Positions 1-14,831 of a stretch of 64,000 nucleotides of DNA are shown here, piece after piece. The position numbers and the translations under genes are program-made. Source of the DNA: Octopus bimaculoides. Lineage: Eukaryota. The notes beneath the pieces are model-generated. The model was not told the DNA's origin. It saw only the letters and a list, made by a program, of their open reading frames with translations, and did no database searches. How positions within the stretch are numbered: position 1 is the stretch's first letter; every line of letters starts with the position of its first letter. The stretch lies in the NCBI RefSeq assembly GCF_001194135.2, contig NC_068990.1, positions 4,502,559-4,566,558 of the forward strand, read 5' to 3'.

Positions 1-957
1 CAGTTACTTGAAGAATCATTTATTTGTTATTTTTGATATTTACTTTTTATCCCAGAGACATATTACTTAAATAAACACTGTGCTTTTAATCAAATTGAAA
101 CTTTAAGCTGCTTTGGATTAATAATAATACCCTCAAGTAGTAAGCAGATATTTTAGTATAACCACATGCTGTCATTTCATTGTTGTTTGACAGTTGTAAA
201 TTATAATATTCACTCCCCACTACCCAGGAGTTAAGTTTTGCAGGATATTTAACAAGAAATGTGTATACAATGTTGATGAGAATGATGGTGATGGAGATAG
301 TGTAAAGCTAAAACAGTGATGATAAAGTGGATAGCTGACAGAATCATTAGTACTTTGGACAAAATGCCTCACAGCATTTTCAGCTCTTTACTTTCTGAGT
401 TCAAATTGTGCCAAAGTCAAATTTGTCTTTCATCCTTTCAGAGTTGATAAAATGAAATACATGTCAAGTACTGGAGCCAATGTAAATTAATTGCCTCCCA
501 CTAAACACTACTGGCATTGTGCCAAAATGTGAAATAGTAACCATGATCATGATGCTGATGATGAGAAGTAGTGATGATTGCAGAAGTAAGATAAATTATG
601 ATGACAAAGTGGTGATAAGGCTACAATAGATAATTGATGGCATTTTGATGTATGTCAGGTATCCATGAAATATATCAATCTTTGGTAAAATTCTGCAAGA
701 TATTTAACATATCTGAGATATACTTCCTTAGTTTATCAAATAGACATCCAAGAAAATAACAATGTATTCTTAAAATTCAAATTTGCTTCTTGAAGCAAAT
801 GTATATCTTATGGAAATTATACTGTGTGGATAGAAGTTTATTGAATATATTTACAAAAGAAAAATTTCATACCATAATTCAATTCAAAACTCTTGTGCAT
901 ACATGCATATGTATGTATGTATGTATGTATGCATGTATGTATGTGCGTGTGTGTACG

Positions 958-1060
958 TGGGTTATCCTTCTGATAGATCTTGTTATACAGTGTCCTAGCT
1001 ACAACATCATGTCTTATTGATAGATAATACTATGATGACATTTTCGGACATCACATGCAA
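958..1060 (-). mobile_element. R4/Dong-like (restriction-like endonuclease) non-LTR retrotransposon fragment
   Basis: Minus translation CPKMSS*YYLSIRHDVVARTLYNKIYQKDNP is homologous to CPKMLSQYDLPTWHDVLAKTIYNAIRKKDCP in the copy at about 56070-56162; runs into an (AC)/(ATAC) microsatellite. Confidence 0.6.
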
Positions 1061-1087
1061 GGGGAAAAAAATTAGAAGTAGCTGATA

Positions 1088-1765
1088 GCTTCCATATTAC
1101 CAAGGTGACCAAGTCAGTAGCAGGGATGGATGCTCTGAGAGTGTAGCTGCTAGAATAAGAATTGCCTGGGAAAAGTTTAGAGAGCTCCTACTTCTGCTGG
1201 TAACAAAAGGCCTCTTACTCAGAGTGAAAGGTAGATTGTGTGGTGCCTGTGTGCAAACAGCCATGCTACAGAGCGGTGAAACATGGGCTGTGACTGCTGA
1301 GGACATGTATAAAGTTAAAAGAAAAGGAAGCTAGTATTCTCCACTGGATGTGCAATGTCAGTGTACATACATGACAGAGTGTAAGCACCCTGAGAGAAAG
1401 AAGCATCAGATGTGATGCACAAGAAAGACGACTGTGATGGTATGGTCATATGTTGTGTATGGATGAGGACAGCTGTGTGAAGAAGTGTCACACCCTCAGA
1501 GTGGGGGGAACTCGTGGAAGAGGTAGTCCCAGGAAGACATGGGATAAGGTGGTGAAGCACGATCTTAAAATGTTGGGCTTCACAGAGGCATTGACAAGCA
1601 ACCGAGACCTTTGGAGATATGTTGTGCTTGAGAAGACCCAGCAAGCCAAGTGAGATCATAGCCGTGGTTGATGCTGGTGTTACCTAACTGGCCTGTTTAA
1701 AGGTACCCCTTCAATCGTCGGGCAATATGCTGTGCCTGAGAAAACCTGCTGAGCCAAGTGAAATA
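1088..1765 (+). mobile_element. RTE-clade LINE, 5'-truncated and degenerate (RT C-terminus plus part of the 3' UTR)
   Basis: Frameshifted translation contains LPLLVTKGLLLRVKGRL..CVQTAML..ETWAVTAEDM and MDEDSCVKKCHTLRVGGTRGRGSPRKTWDKVVKHDLKMLGFTEA, typical RTE C-terminal motifs. Confidence 0.85.
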
Positions 1766-2041
1766 TGGAGGAAAAAAGACAAAGACAGGTGATGGAAGAA
1801 AAAGTTGGATATAAGAAGCATCAGATGTGGTATATTAGTTTGACGTGCGGGAAAAATGGAAATGACAGGCTTCTTTTAACTAGCATCTACCAAGTTCACT
1901 CTTGGAGCTATAACAGAAAGCACTTTCTCAAAGTGCCCTGCAGCAGGACTGAACCATAGAACATGGTTGGGAAGCAAGCACCTCAATCACATATCCATGT
2001 CTGCATCTACATACCAATTCAGAGAGAGATGGAGAGAGAGA

Positions 2042-2095
<54 letters not shown>

Positions 2096-2644
2096 TAATG
2101 TAGTGATGCAGTAATAAACATCATATGTATGAAAGAAAGTACCTCAGGAGAGCATTCTTCATACTAAATACAAATGTACTAAAGTCTCTTACATATGTGA
2201 TAAAGCGAACTGTAAAAACTTTGGTTAACTGAGAGTATTTGTGCAATTAATAGACAAAATCTCCCTCCAGCATGGTTTAAAATCTAAAAACAACAACTAT
2301 ACACACACACTTTCATGCACACACACATACAAAATGTTTTCATGCAGGTGTATGTACATTTGATTTTGTGAGGATGTTTCTGATCATTAATGGAAAAAGT
2401 ACTACAAAAGTTTTGAAAATTACTTTCAAGAAACAATATTGTATATATTTCATAGCTTTCATGTTAAGCAGACTGATGAATATTATCTGTGATCATGTTT
2501 ACTCCTTTCACAAACTACCACAATTCATGTGATTGCTATTTATCTGAAGTCTTTACAGTATTAAGAACATGAGAAATAATTTTCACCAGAATTAAGAGTA
2601 CAAATTACTGTAAATAACTTTACCACATATTTCTGACATTTTAC

Positions 2645-3142
2645 ACATAAGAAGTATCAGATGTTGTGTGCAAAAGAAATGACTGTACTGATATGGTCAT
2701 GGTCCTGTGTTACGTATGGAGTGAGATCATAGCTGTGGCCTATGCCAGTGTCACATAACCAGCCCATTTAAGAGTACCCTTCAATCATTGGGCAATATGT
2801 TGAGTCAAGTAAAATCGCCATGGCCGATGCCACTGCCACCTGGTGGCACCCGTGCTGGTGCCACATTAAAAGCACCATTGGAGCATGGTCAATGCTAGTG
2901 CTGCCAGATTGGCTCCTGTACTGGTGGCATGTAATAACTGGCCTCCATGCCGGTGGCACATAAAAAGCACCCACTACACTCTCAGAGTGGTTGGCACTAG
3001 GAAGGGCATCCTGCTGTCGAAACCTTGCCAAATCAGATGGGAGAATTGTGCAGCCTCCTGGCTTGCCAGTCTTCAGTCAAACCATCCAACCCATGCCAGC
3101 ATGGAAAACGGACATTAAATGATGATGATGATGATGATGATG
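2645..3142 (+). mobile_element. RTE LINE 3' UTR fragment with (GAT)n tail
   Basis: ggaagggcatcc...ccaacccatgccagcatggaaaacggacattaaat(gat)n end, shared with other copies in the window. Confidence 0.8.
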
Positions 3143-4316
3143 AATAACACTATGTAACAAAAGTTTAATTTTTTGTTTTGTATTTGGTTAGCAAGTGTTA
3201 TTTCCTACTTGCTTCTGTCTAGAAATCAAAGGAAATGACTACTATTCCCTTCAAACTTTGCTTTTCTGACCGGGACATCAATGTCTTGAAACTGACCTAT
3301 TTTCCATCACACTTCAGACATATTAAGCACTGAGTTGCAGAAGCAGAAATATCATCATAGCAAATATTATGCTCAAAACCACAGATTTGCTTATCAGATA
3401 CTTGACCTTAACCAGTTGAGCATGTCCCTTAGTGGCTGACAATATGTGCATCTCTGATGATGAGCAAAAGTAGTGGGGGAGTATCATAACCATGCGTTGA
3501 GAGAAATTCTTTGAGGTTTGAATAAATGTGACAAAAGCAAAGTTTGAAGGAAATATTAGCCACTTTTCATACTTTCAATAGGTATACAAATGAGAAATGA
3601 CAGTTGCTACCCAAGGACAAAAATGGTGTTATACAGTGTAATTAGTGAGACATGTAGTAAAACAAAATCTCAGCTGTGAATATGAACTAATGGCTCATGA
3701 GCAGGGTTAACTAATGGCTTTTCTCCATTTGCCCACTTTCTAATTTCTTTAATTTTAATAGACTCATCATATTGATTCATTCACTTGATTTTGATGAGAT
3801 GAAATTCAAAATATGAATTAATCACTATTATTATTAATTATTTTTTCCCTTTTACAACTCACTTGTAAATATCTGATTTTTCTATATTACTCCTTTTGTA
3901 TTCTTCCTTATTGTATCTTATTTTAATTTACTTTATTTTATTCAACCTTTTTTGATGTCCTTCCAAAAATTCTTCACACTGATGAGAATGACAATGCACA
4001 AATTTAATTATAATTACTATGATTATAATTTTTTTCTTACATATTTGTATTGTCCTTTGAAACTTGTGTATGTATTGAATCCTATTTTGTATTAAATTTT
4101 TGTATTAAATCTAATTCTGATGCAACATCTTTTTCTCCTACATTTTTCTATAATTGTTTATGGTATATCTATACCTATAACGATATTTTTCAACAATTTT
4201 CATATTCTTATTACTTGCTCTGGCTGTCTTTTATGAATACGATGAATCTTTATTAGAAATCATTCTTTCTCTCTTTTTGGACCCCTCAAAAAGTTTGAAC
4301 TGTTATTTTTGAACTT

Positions 4317-4347
<31 letters not shown>

Positions 4348-4589
4348 TAGTTAGTGTATCATGAGCTGAGGTATTGCACAATTCTCCAGTAATGTAAATG
4401 TTTAATTCTAAAGAAAAAAATTGTAAAAAATGAGTTGAAAAGCTGTAACTAATGAGTTGGAAAATAAACCGAAGTAGGTAATTCTGTATTACTTGAATGT
4501 TTGAGTGATTAGTATCAGGATTAATTAGAAGCATCTCTTATGATAAGAGGGAGAAATACATTAATGAGAAGTGCACATTTATCAACAAA

Positions 4590-4699
4590 AATATATGCAT
4601 GTGTATATGCAGATGTGCATATATATATATATATATATATACATGTATATACATACATATGTACATATATATACAAATACATACATACACATATATGTA

Positions 4700-4763
<64 letters not shown>

Positions 4764-5002
4764 CACATATATATATAAATACATATATATGCATACATAC
4801 ATATATATACATATATGCACATACATATACATATGTACATACATATATATATATATATATATAAATACATATATATGCATACATATATATACATATATAC
4901 ACATATATATACATATGTATATACATATATACATATACACATATATATATATACATATGCATATAAATATACATATAGATACATATATATATATACATGT
5001 AC

Positions 5003-5036
<34 letters not shown>

Positions 5037-5046
5037 AAATATACAC

Positions 5047-5078
<32 letters not shown>

Positions 5079-5089
5079 CATCATCATCA
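4590..5089. repeat. Compound (TA)/(TACA) microsatellite next to an assembly gap
   Basis: Directly visible; source of the spurious YIYI ORFs. Confidence 0.95.
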
Positions 5090-5339
5090 NNNNNNNNNNN
5101 NNNNNNNNNNNNNNNNNNNNNNNNNNNNNNNNNNNNNNNNNNNNNNNNNNNNNNNNNNNNNNNNNNNNNNNNNNNNNNNNNNNNNNNNNNNNNNNNNNNN
5201 NNNNNNNNNNNNNNNNNNNNNNNNNNNNNNNNNNNNNNNNNNNNNNNNNNNNNNNNNNNNNNNNNNNNNNNNNNNNNNNNNNNNNNNNNNNNNNNNNNNN
5301 NNNNNNNNNNNNNNNNNNNNNNNNNNNNNNNNNNNNNNN

Positions 5340-5375
<36 letters not shown>

Positions 5376-5379
<4 letters not shown>

Positions 5380-5532
5380 CGCCATATGTAAACAAACATC
5401 AGTTTGTTTTTGAAGCGGGTATAACTGTTTACTGGGCCCGTTATCATTGATATCAGTAGAGCTAACATGTACACTGCAGGCCCCTTCAGAGCTCCAGGCC
5501 CTCGGGCAATGCCTGATTGACCGATGGCTCAG
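5376..5532. mobile_element. Possible hAT-type DNA transposon end embedded in (TA)n
   Basis: GC-rich island ending gggcaatgcc...ctcagtccacccc resembles CAGGGGCGGACTGAG-type hAT termini; the partner end is not visible (adjacent gap). Confidence 0.3.
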
Positions 5533-5579
5533 TCCACCCCATATACACACGGGGACACACACACACATATATATATATT

Positions 5580-5620
<41 letters not shown>

Positions 5621-7469
5621 GTATATACACAAATACATACACATATAGAAGTTTGTGCAGGGCATAATCTATCCTTTCTTTGAAGATGTCTTGTAGTCTT
5701 TCTTGTGTTTTAGATCCAGGTTAACCTTCATCACACAGACTCATGATTAAAGGTGTTTTACCATCACAAACCTGCATTTTTGTAAGTAAATCACTACTTT
5801 ATCCAGCATTTTCCTCTTCATGTATCATTCCAACAGTTGTCAGTGAATCAGACTTCTATCCTATTATTGTTGACTATATCTTCCCATATAAAAGCTGTCA
5901 GTTGAGGGAATATTTCTAGCAGGTGAGTAATCTTATAGAAGCTCTCTTACTGATTCTAGGATACATTATCTGTACTGGTGAAAAACATATATGTACAGAG
6001 GTTACATATATATGCTTCTCATGAGATAAAACACAACATTCAGTGGATACACTAAATCATGCTTCTACATCTCAAGTGTCACCAAAACTAGAAAAAAAAA
6101 ACACGATTTCTTACATTCAAAATCTTATTATTTCTCTTTTTGTTGTAAACTTGTGTATAAGTGCATATTCTCAAGCATGTGTTTGCACATAGAATGCAAC
6201 TGGCCAAGCAAAGATGAAATTTGGGGAGTTAACACACATGTATATATTCCACTGAAGAATGGGATTATAATTCAAAGTTTTCTGTATATGTCAAAGGTGA
6301 ATATAAGGCAGGGATGGTAGGGGTGGGGAGTAAGAATATACAATAGTCAGTAGGGAAGAAACAATGCAAGTTTTATAACTGTAGTCGCAGACAAAAGAAT
6401 ATTAACCATGAACATTCCATCATTTTGTCTATCTTTGGCCAAATTCTCTTAGGTGTCCTATTTCTATTAAAAAACAGTAGTGTAATTTGAGGGAGATTTG
6501 CCTACTATTTCTAGAAAGCTCATGTATTTATTAGAAGCCTTCTTATTTAATTGTTATAAGTAAAATCTGATGATTATTGGATGCCTAGAAGATTATTAGG
6601 AAATAGCATATGGTAGTCCATCTGCTCCCTGATCCCTTGTTCACAGGAATTTGGCAATTTAGAAAGAGATATGATGCTGGAGCTTTAATTATTTCTCAAG
6701 AATTAGCCATTTAGCACAAATGTGTCCATAAGAGATATCTACAAAATAATTAAAAGAGGGAAAGAGTGGAAGGAGAGAATCCTTTTAAGAGTATATCAAT
6801 AGACAATCAATGAAAATTGCAACAAATCTTCAAAGGCAGAATTAAGAAACAATGCTCCAAGAACAGAATTATGAATGCAGAAAACTCACTTCATTTCTTT
6901 CCATTTTACCCCAATATCAGGAACTTGATAGAATTTATCTGTTGATGTCCACCAATGATTGAAAGGAAAAGGTAGGAAAACTGACTAATCCACAGAAATC
7001 TGCAAAGTCACTGCTTTCTCCTGAGGGCGTGGCAGAGAGAGAGAAATCAACAAAAATGGACATGTGACTTAGCGTTTAAACACTTGCATGTACACACACA
7101 CACACACTATCTATCTCTATGTGTGTGTGCGTGTGTGTGTACATATATATATTTATAAAATTTTCTTTGGTGGCACCGACTAACATATGCAGCAGAAATG
7201 GCTGTAAGTGTTGTTCAAGTTTTGTATTAAAAAAATATTTAATGGATAGTAGTCAATTTGTTTGTTGATCAAAAGTTTTCCCCATTTTCTGCTCATTTTA
7301 AATTTGACTCCTGTTACTATTATTCTGTTATTACCTGTATCCTATGTGCATAGTATGCTTGCATATCCATGCCCAAGGTTAACATAGGCAATTTATACCA
7401 GTAGTAGTAACGAATATTCTTATCCCTCAGACGGTTATTCCAACCGCTAACTCTACTTTCCTTATATAT

Positions 7470-7523
<54 letters not shown>

Positions 7524-9759
7524 GATGGTGTGATGTATATATATATATATGCTTAGAAATATAGAATACTGCGTTTAATTTTAGAAGAGATAAACTTATA
7601 AAAAAGTGAAATCATTACTAATCATTGTGAATAATCTTAGAAACTGAAAATAATTAAACTAAGAGGAACTTGGTTACAGTGGCAAAAGATAGTGACAGAA
7701 ATAATGTATTTTATTTGTAAAACGTATTGTACTAGAACTATGTTGAAATCTGAATTTATCTTAGTAAGAAAAAGTTCAGTCAACACTGCAGTAACAATGA
7801 CAAATATTAAATGTGATAAGTAAAATATTTAAGGATATAAGTGAAAAGCAAATTCTGTGATAGATATTGGATTATGAACAATGATAATGCAGTTATACAA
7901 ACATTGAATAAAATAAAAATGATGTAAACATGGAAAACTATGACTTAACCATGTTATTTACAAAAAATTTCAATTAAAAGAAGACTTAGGAGATATTCCA
8001 ATTTTTTTGCTTTTCTAGAGAAGATTAGAAAACAGGTTACAGACAGGAATCAAGCTATATTAAAAATCTACTTTTGAGTTTTTAATAAATGAAGTTTATC
8101 TTAAATTAGAAAGATAAAACTTTTGTGCACAAACTGAAGTACCCTTGTAAATAAGCAATTTGGCATGTCTAGCAAATTTATTTCTCAGTAGTAATTCTTT
8201 CAGCTGAAGGCACAAGGCCTGAAAACAGTCAATTACAGCAGCCCCTGTGTTCAACAGGTATTTATTTTATCGGCCCCCAAAAGGATAAAAAGTGAAGTTA
8301 ATCTTGGCAGAATTTGAACACAATATTTAAGGACAGACAAAATGCCTCTAAGCATCTTGCCCAGTGTGCTAATGGGTACGTCAACTCACCAATAATGACA
8401 AAAAGCAGATAATTTGTAATTTTTTACATAAATTCATAACATTGGATTGATGAGTGTAACAATTTCAGTTTACCTCGAATGTATTTATTTTATCAACCTT
8501 GAAAGGACGAAAGGCAAATTTTCCACCGTGGGATTTTGTAAGTCAGCATAAACAGATGTTACTGTTGAGCTCTGGATTAGCTCAGATCAATCAGACTTAT
8601 GTTCAAAGATGTTCAGGATGTAATCTTCCTTCCTTCTTTTTTACAAGCTTATCCTTCCTATTTTTAAGACATTATTATGTGATATGAGAGAAATTTGATG
8701 ACTATTTCTAGCAGGTCATGTGCCTACATAGAGGATTCTATACTGGTTCATACAAACGGATATTATTAAATACTTGTAAAGTATTTTTTTAATGCACTAT
8801 TTATTCAGCTACAGAGGGTGAGTCAATGATGGAAACGGTTAAATATAAGAATTATACAAATAAACATACTAAAGACACTAATTAAAAATTTATTGCTAAA
8901 TTCAAATATATAGATATTTAGATAATTTAATCGCAATAAACAATGACAACATACAAGAATACTATGAGATTTATCTGATAAAGTTAGAATTATAAAAGAA
9001 AACAGCCATATATTATCAATGAATTTCCTTGACATAAACAGAGAAAAATTTCATACATAAAATATTGGATAAAAGAAAGAGCTACCAATAAGAATACAAC
9101 AAAATAATAGAAATATAACTAATAAAATATTATATGCTTCAATAAATATAGAATTACAAAGCTTAGTAAATGGAAAAATACAAAACAAAAATGTTGCATA
9201 TTTCTTAAATAATTTAAAACATCTTTTAGAACATAGTTGTAAGAAAACTTTTCTATCCAATACTTTAAAGAAGGTCTTTCACAAAGATATAAATTTTTTT
9301 CACATATTAAGAATCAACAATATAAAGCAAATAGAAGATATATAGTAGCTAGTATAAGCAATCAATAAATAGTTGACACACAAGACTGACTACAAGGAGG
9401 TATAACAAATATGAAACTACAAATATGAATACAATATATATATAATATGTATATATTGTACATTGAAATACATGAAATGTATGAGTAGGTAAGTGTGGAT
9501 TCTTTATGAGCATATATATTTGGATGCAGGGCATTTTTAGAAATAGATGCAAGTCACAATCTATGGGGTTAGAGATATAAACACTTAAAATGACTTTACC
9601 ACTTGAATAGTACTTATGTTATTCACTGTAGAATGATAAAGGGCAAAACTGGTTCCAGGAGGAATTTCTAATTGAAGTGCAGGACTAAATAAGTAATGAA
9701 CACTCAACTGATTCTGCACTATGTCACTATTTTAGTAATAATAATAATCATAGTTGTTT

Positions 9760-9965
9760 CTGATTTTGACACAAGACCAGCAACTTTGAGGGGAGGGGTT
9801 AGTTGATATCATTGATCCCAGTAGGTGGCTGGTATTTTCTTTGATTAATTCTGGAGGATGAAAGACAAGGTCAACCTTGGCAGGGTTTGAACTCAGAATG
9901 TAAAGAGCCAGAACAAATATATCAAGATATTCAGTCTGCTGCTCATATAATTCTGCCAATCCATT
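9760..9965 (-). mobile_element. tRNA-derived SINE (aaggcggcgagctggcagaa family), degenerate
   Basis: Reverse complement resembles the copies at 24886 and 48367 (ttctgagttcaaa..ccaaggttgaccttgtctttcatcc). Confidence 0.7.
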
Positions 9966-10439
9966 CCATTACAAATTTTAAATGTGTTTTGAATAGATGA
10001 TACTAGTAATAACTATTTGTGCACTTTACTCATTGGCTAGAGATTCTATAATAAATGAAAATTATCAAAAGACAAGTGGTCAAATACTTAACCAAAATTC
10101 CAGAATATGTGTAACATACAACATTAGCATTATTAGGCACAGCACACGTATGTAGAATACAACAACACCAAAACATTGCACATACCCAAGTCACAGAGAT
10201 CTTCATTTGGTCGTGCAGTGAAAATATGATTAAAATAGAGTACTAAACACAATGCCATAAAATTGGGATGAGGGATTACTTGATTAAATCCTTGACTGGT
10301 ACTTTATTTTCTTAATCCTGGTAGGATTTAGGTAATTTATCATATGAAACTTCCCTAGTACAACCTATGGATCAGTAAGTTTGTTCTGTAGGCAATATTA
10401 TCTTAGAAGAACTTTAAATGAATGGGGATAAACAGTTAG

Positions 10440-10980
10440 TTAAAGAAGCCTTGAATAATTATATTATGCAAGCAATAAAAAATATTAAAGGTGCCACAGG
10501 AAGAAGTTATACATGCATATCCCATTGGAGTTTGAGTAAAATAATGTTTAAATGTAATTAAGGAATACCATAGGATAGAGAATAACACTGTCTCAATCAG
10601 AAATAACCTTATACAAGTGGTGCAAGAAGTGGATTTTGAAGAATTGATGCAAGTAATATTCAGGATTTATTCCACCCAGAAAATGAAATTCTCATCTATG
10701 AATACTTTAAAGAGTCAACAGAATTGTAAGGTTAGAAAGTGGAGGGAAGACTCTTCCACAAGCAGCTTTAACTTACAGAGATCTTACCAAAAAGCGTTAG
10801 TGAGCTAACTTAACCTTTAGAATGATTTTCAGAAAAGAAATCCAAATCTTGAATAAAGTATGGAATTTAAAAGATCTGTAATTGTAGTAATGAATTGTTA
10901 TAGGGAAGGCAGAATCTGAGTTTGAGAAGAAGACTTAACAGTAACTCTTGGATTTTTTTATATAAATAAAAACTAACAGA
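10440..10980 (+). mobile_element. Tigger/pogo-like transposase C-terminal remnant
   Basis: Degenerate motifs YIMQAIKNI, VQEVDFEELM and DFQKRNPNLE*SMEFKRSVIVVMNCYRE resemble Tigger C-termini; many stops. Confidence 0.45.
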
Positions 10981-11811
10981 CCCAATAGTATATTTATAGA
11001 CCATATATAATTTTTATTGTTATATATTTTTTACTTGTTCCTTTGATTAAGAAAATACATATATTATTTGCTGATTTAATTACATGTTTTATTCCAAGGA
11101 GATTTTTAAAGATATATTAAGGGATTTGTAACCTTATTATATTTTGATTATGGATGTATTACTTTCAAAAACTTGTGAGCAAGGTAAAAATGTGAAACTT
11201 ATGATACATACATATATACTTAAATATATATAGATACATATGTGTGTGTGTGTGTGTGTAAATATGTATATATGTACTGAGAAACAAGGAGTATTTTCAA
11301 CAGTGTATAAATATTTACACTCCAGTTTTGTCTCGAATAATTTTCCCTCTTGTTTGCAAAGTGTAACATGCACACATAATTCCTTCTTATTTGTCAAGCA
11401 CTTTTAACAGAGAACTATACTACGTGTGTGTGTGTGTATTTGTGGAAGTATCTCGTATGTCTATTTGGTTGAGACTGCTGGGAATAGCCTTTAATTTGAA
11501 TCATAATCCAAATCCAATGCAAATCAGATTGAAGCAATTAACAGAGTTAGGTCCAAGTCTAAACTATATTGATCTAGCCAAGCTCTCTAGAATACAAAAC
11601 AGAGAATTATGTGAAGACAAAATAGATTAAACGGATCTGTCTAAAAGCACTAGGAAAAACCGCCAATAGATTCAAATCTATTGGGCCACCGTACTTTGCT
11701 TCTACACTTTTTCAGTATCTATGTATACATTTACACACATCTCTCTCTCTCTTGCTTGCTCTCTTTCTCTCTCTCTCTCTCTCACTCACTTGTTCACTTT
11801 CTTTGTGTGTA

Positions 11812-11847
<36 letters not shown>

Positions 11848-12177
11848 CATCATTTATAAGCAGAGACAGAATACTCAATATCCAGGTTATTAGAGTTTGT
11901 TATATTTCATTTTTGTATATTGATATTGGCATTATGACTCTCCCTAGACATAACAGAGTTTATTAGAGTATAATGTAATATAATCAGCAGGATACACTAC
12001 AAATTATTTCGTGAGGTGATGTCATATTCATGCAATTCACATATCAAGTGCAGAAACAGCCAATAACTATTCTGATTAAAGCTAGGAAGTAATTACAAAA
12101 AAAAAAAAAGAAATAGAAAGAAAAAAAGAAAAAAAACCCCAAAAAATGGTGAGAGTTAACTGAAATTTTTTTTTCCT

Positions 12178-12308
12178 TCGGCGTTAGGAAGGGCATCCAG
12201 CTGTAGAAACTCTGCCAAATCAGACTGGAGCCTGGTGTTGCCATCCGGTTTCACCAGTCCTCAGTCAAATCGTCCAACCCATGCCAGCATGGAAAGCGGA
12301 CGTTAAAC

Positions 12309-12357
<49 letters not shown>
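12178..12357 (+). mobile_element. Young RTE LINE 3' end with (GAT)n tail
   Basis: Near-identical to 59506-59655 and 50680-50752 (caccagtcctcagtcaaatcgtccaacccatgc). Confidence 0.85.
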
Positions 12358-14765
12358 GTGGTCCTAGGCTCGTGAGTATTTGTGTTCACACATGTATGAA
12401 ACATACACACATATACATAAACATATGCATATGTACATACATATTTGCACATATGCACACACAAGTGTATGTACATATGTGCATGCATATAAAAAAAAAT
12501 TAATATACATTGATCAAATAAATTAAATGGAGAAGGTCATCTTCTGACTTAGATGCAGGACGACCAATACTGTATCAGTGGAAATGCCCAGCTGGAAATT
12601 AGATAGAAATTCATTATAAATTTCTGTATTTGCATACATCTCTTCGTTACCTATTTTTACTAGTGTAAACATCTGTCATAAAGTATAACTTTGCAATTTG
12701 ATCAAAAATAGATCAATAAAATAAGTTTCGAAATGAGAAAGTACTAGGAGTGATATGATTGACTAAAAGCTCTTGATGGGTGTGCTACAGCATGGCCATA
12801 TCACAAAGACCGAAACCATTAAAAAACAATAAATGAAAGCAATAAAATCAGTGTATTTATATAATGTTGTCATCTGATATAAATATAAATAGTGTCTTTT
12901 CAACTGATGAATTTGATATTTGTTTGGCAGAGAATTTATGGCTTCTGTTATACTGTTATACAGTGATTTCTATCAGATCAGTGTACCTGTTGTTGTATTG
13001 TTTTGTTATTATTATGAACTATATTCAGTCAATTATATTAATCTTATCATATGCAATATTGCACGCTAGCATTTCTGCATTAGAGTTCTCATAATATGTT
13101 GCATTTAATTTAGAAAAATCTAAGTTGATGTAAACATGTTAGAGAGTTAAGAACAAAACCATACAGAAACAAATATTTAGAATATACACACAAATGGAAT
13201 GCATCTTTTAAAAGAAAGAATTATAAACAAGACTACAATATAATTTTAGCAACTTTCCATTAAATACTTCTAGGATGAAGAGTTTTAATTTATTTATTCC
13301 ATTGAGCTACAAAAAAAACAAAAAAAAACAAAACAAAAACAAATTACAAAATTACAGATAAATTGTATTGTGTAATAGCTAAACCATAAATTTAGCTGAG
13401 ATATCACCTTTATATAGAATATAAGCTTGTCTCCTTATATATATCACCTGTTTAGTTAATTTTTTTAATATATATTTTCATTTTAAATTCCAACAAAATA
13501 GAAAACCAATCTACCAAAATCCTCACCATTTCTGATACATGTCGCAGTCATGTGATACTAACAGTGTGTAATGTAAGTAATATTACTAAACAACCTGAAA
13601 ATGCTGAGATGCCTTCAGGTGAGACATCTTCAAGCGAAAGCTCATTTTAACATTCCTAAGTAAAGAAAAATGATTTGTGTCTCTGTGTGTGTGTGTAGAT
13701 ATATGTATATATGTATATATATATATGTGTGTATATATAATATATATGTGTGTGTTTATATGTATGTGTGAGTGTGTGTGTATTGTATGATATGTGTGTG
13801 TGCTTCAGTGTGTGTATGTGATTGAATGTGTAAGTCATCTACCCACAAATCACACTCAGACATTCATCACCACCAATGATTATTTTTATCCAAATTTTTT
13901 CATTTTCATATAAAACGTGCTGTACACCTGTTGCTCCTTAATACTCTTTACATCTAATATAACAGTGATAAGTGACACATTTGTCTTTAAAAAGAGTTTC
14001 TCAATAATGTAGTAAGTTAGTGAGAAATATAGTGGTAGCATATTTCTGTTTCATACACACCATAGCACCGGTCAGTGCATTGCATTCATATTACCATATG
14101 TAATAGAAATCTACAACCTTTTAATCTAAGACTACTGTTTTTCTTTTGAATATATATTCAATTCGTGCCACTACTGTTGCATCTCAGAGATTTTGTATGT
14201 GAGTACTTCTTCAGAGGAAATAAAATATATACACCACAACAAATACTGACCTCTCACATTCATTATGCTCAGCATGTATACACACACACACACATATATA
14301 TATATATANNNNNNNNNNNNNNNNNNNNNNNNNNNNNNNNNNNNNNNNNNNNNNNNNNNNNNNNNNNNNNNNNNNNNNNNNNNNNNNNNNNNNNNNNNNN
14401 NNNNNNNNNNNNNNNNNNNNNNNNNNNNNNNNNNNNNNNNNNNNNNNNNNNNNNNNNNNNNNNNNNNNNNNNNNNNNNNNNNNNNNNNNNNNNNNNNNNN
14501 NNNNNNNNNNNNNNNNNNNNNNNNNNNNNNNNNNNNNNNNNNNNNNNNNNNNNNNNNNNNNNNNNNNNNNNNNNNNNNNNNNNNNNNNNNNNNNNNNNNN
14601 NNNNNNNNNNNNNNNNNNNNNNNNNNNNNNNNNNNNNGGTATGTACACTTTTCACTGGTCTAGCCCGCCTGTTTTTGCTCCGCTGAACCCGTATTTGAAA
14701 ATTTTTTAAGTGAGCTTCTTCTAGCATATTGACAGACCGGTCACTGGTCAATCTTATATACACAA

Positions 14766-14831
<66 letters not shown>

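Noticed and set aside
4340-4410. Minus-strand AHD codons after an acceptor-like site as the next L27 exon
   Set aside because: Context ELNIYITGELCNTSAHDTLTNS lacks the ALL..HD.VA pattern and runs into (CA)n without a donor.
4538-5683. Long ORFs rich in YI/IY/HT/VC and X (also at about 14165-14934, 28135-29238, 29800-30840, 33563-33877 and 56470-56781)
   Set aside because: Translations of dinucleotide microsatellites and N gaps; not coding.
12240-12270. Minus-strand CUGAGGA-CUGGU-GAAA in RTE 3' ends, a hammerhead-like string
   Set aside because: No pairable stem II between the core halves; better explained as the RTE 3' hairpin.
13480-13650. Plus-strand open frame NSNKIENQ...EMPSGETSSSESSF with a CAG|GTGAGA donor
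   Set aside because: No recognisable homology and a weak acceptor; could be chance.
14638-14765. GC-richer island in (TA)n with palindrome gaccggtcactggtc (possible Helitron/Helentron end)
   Set aside because: Truncated by a gap; diagnostic termini not verifiable.
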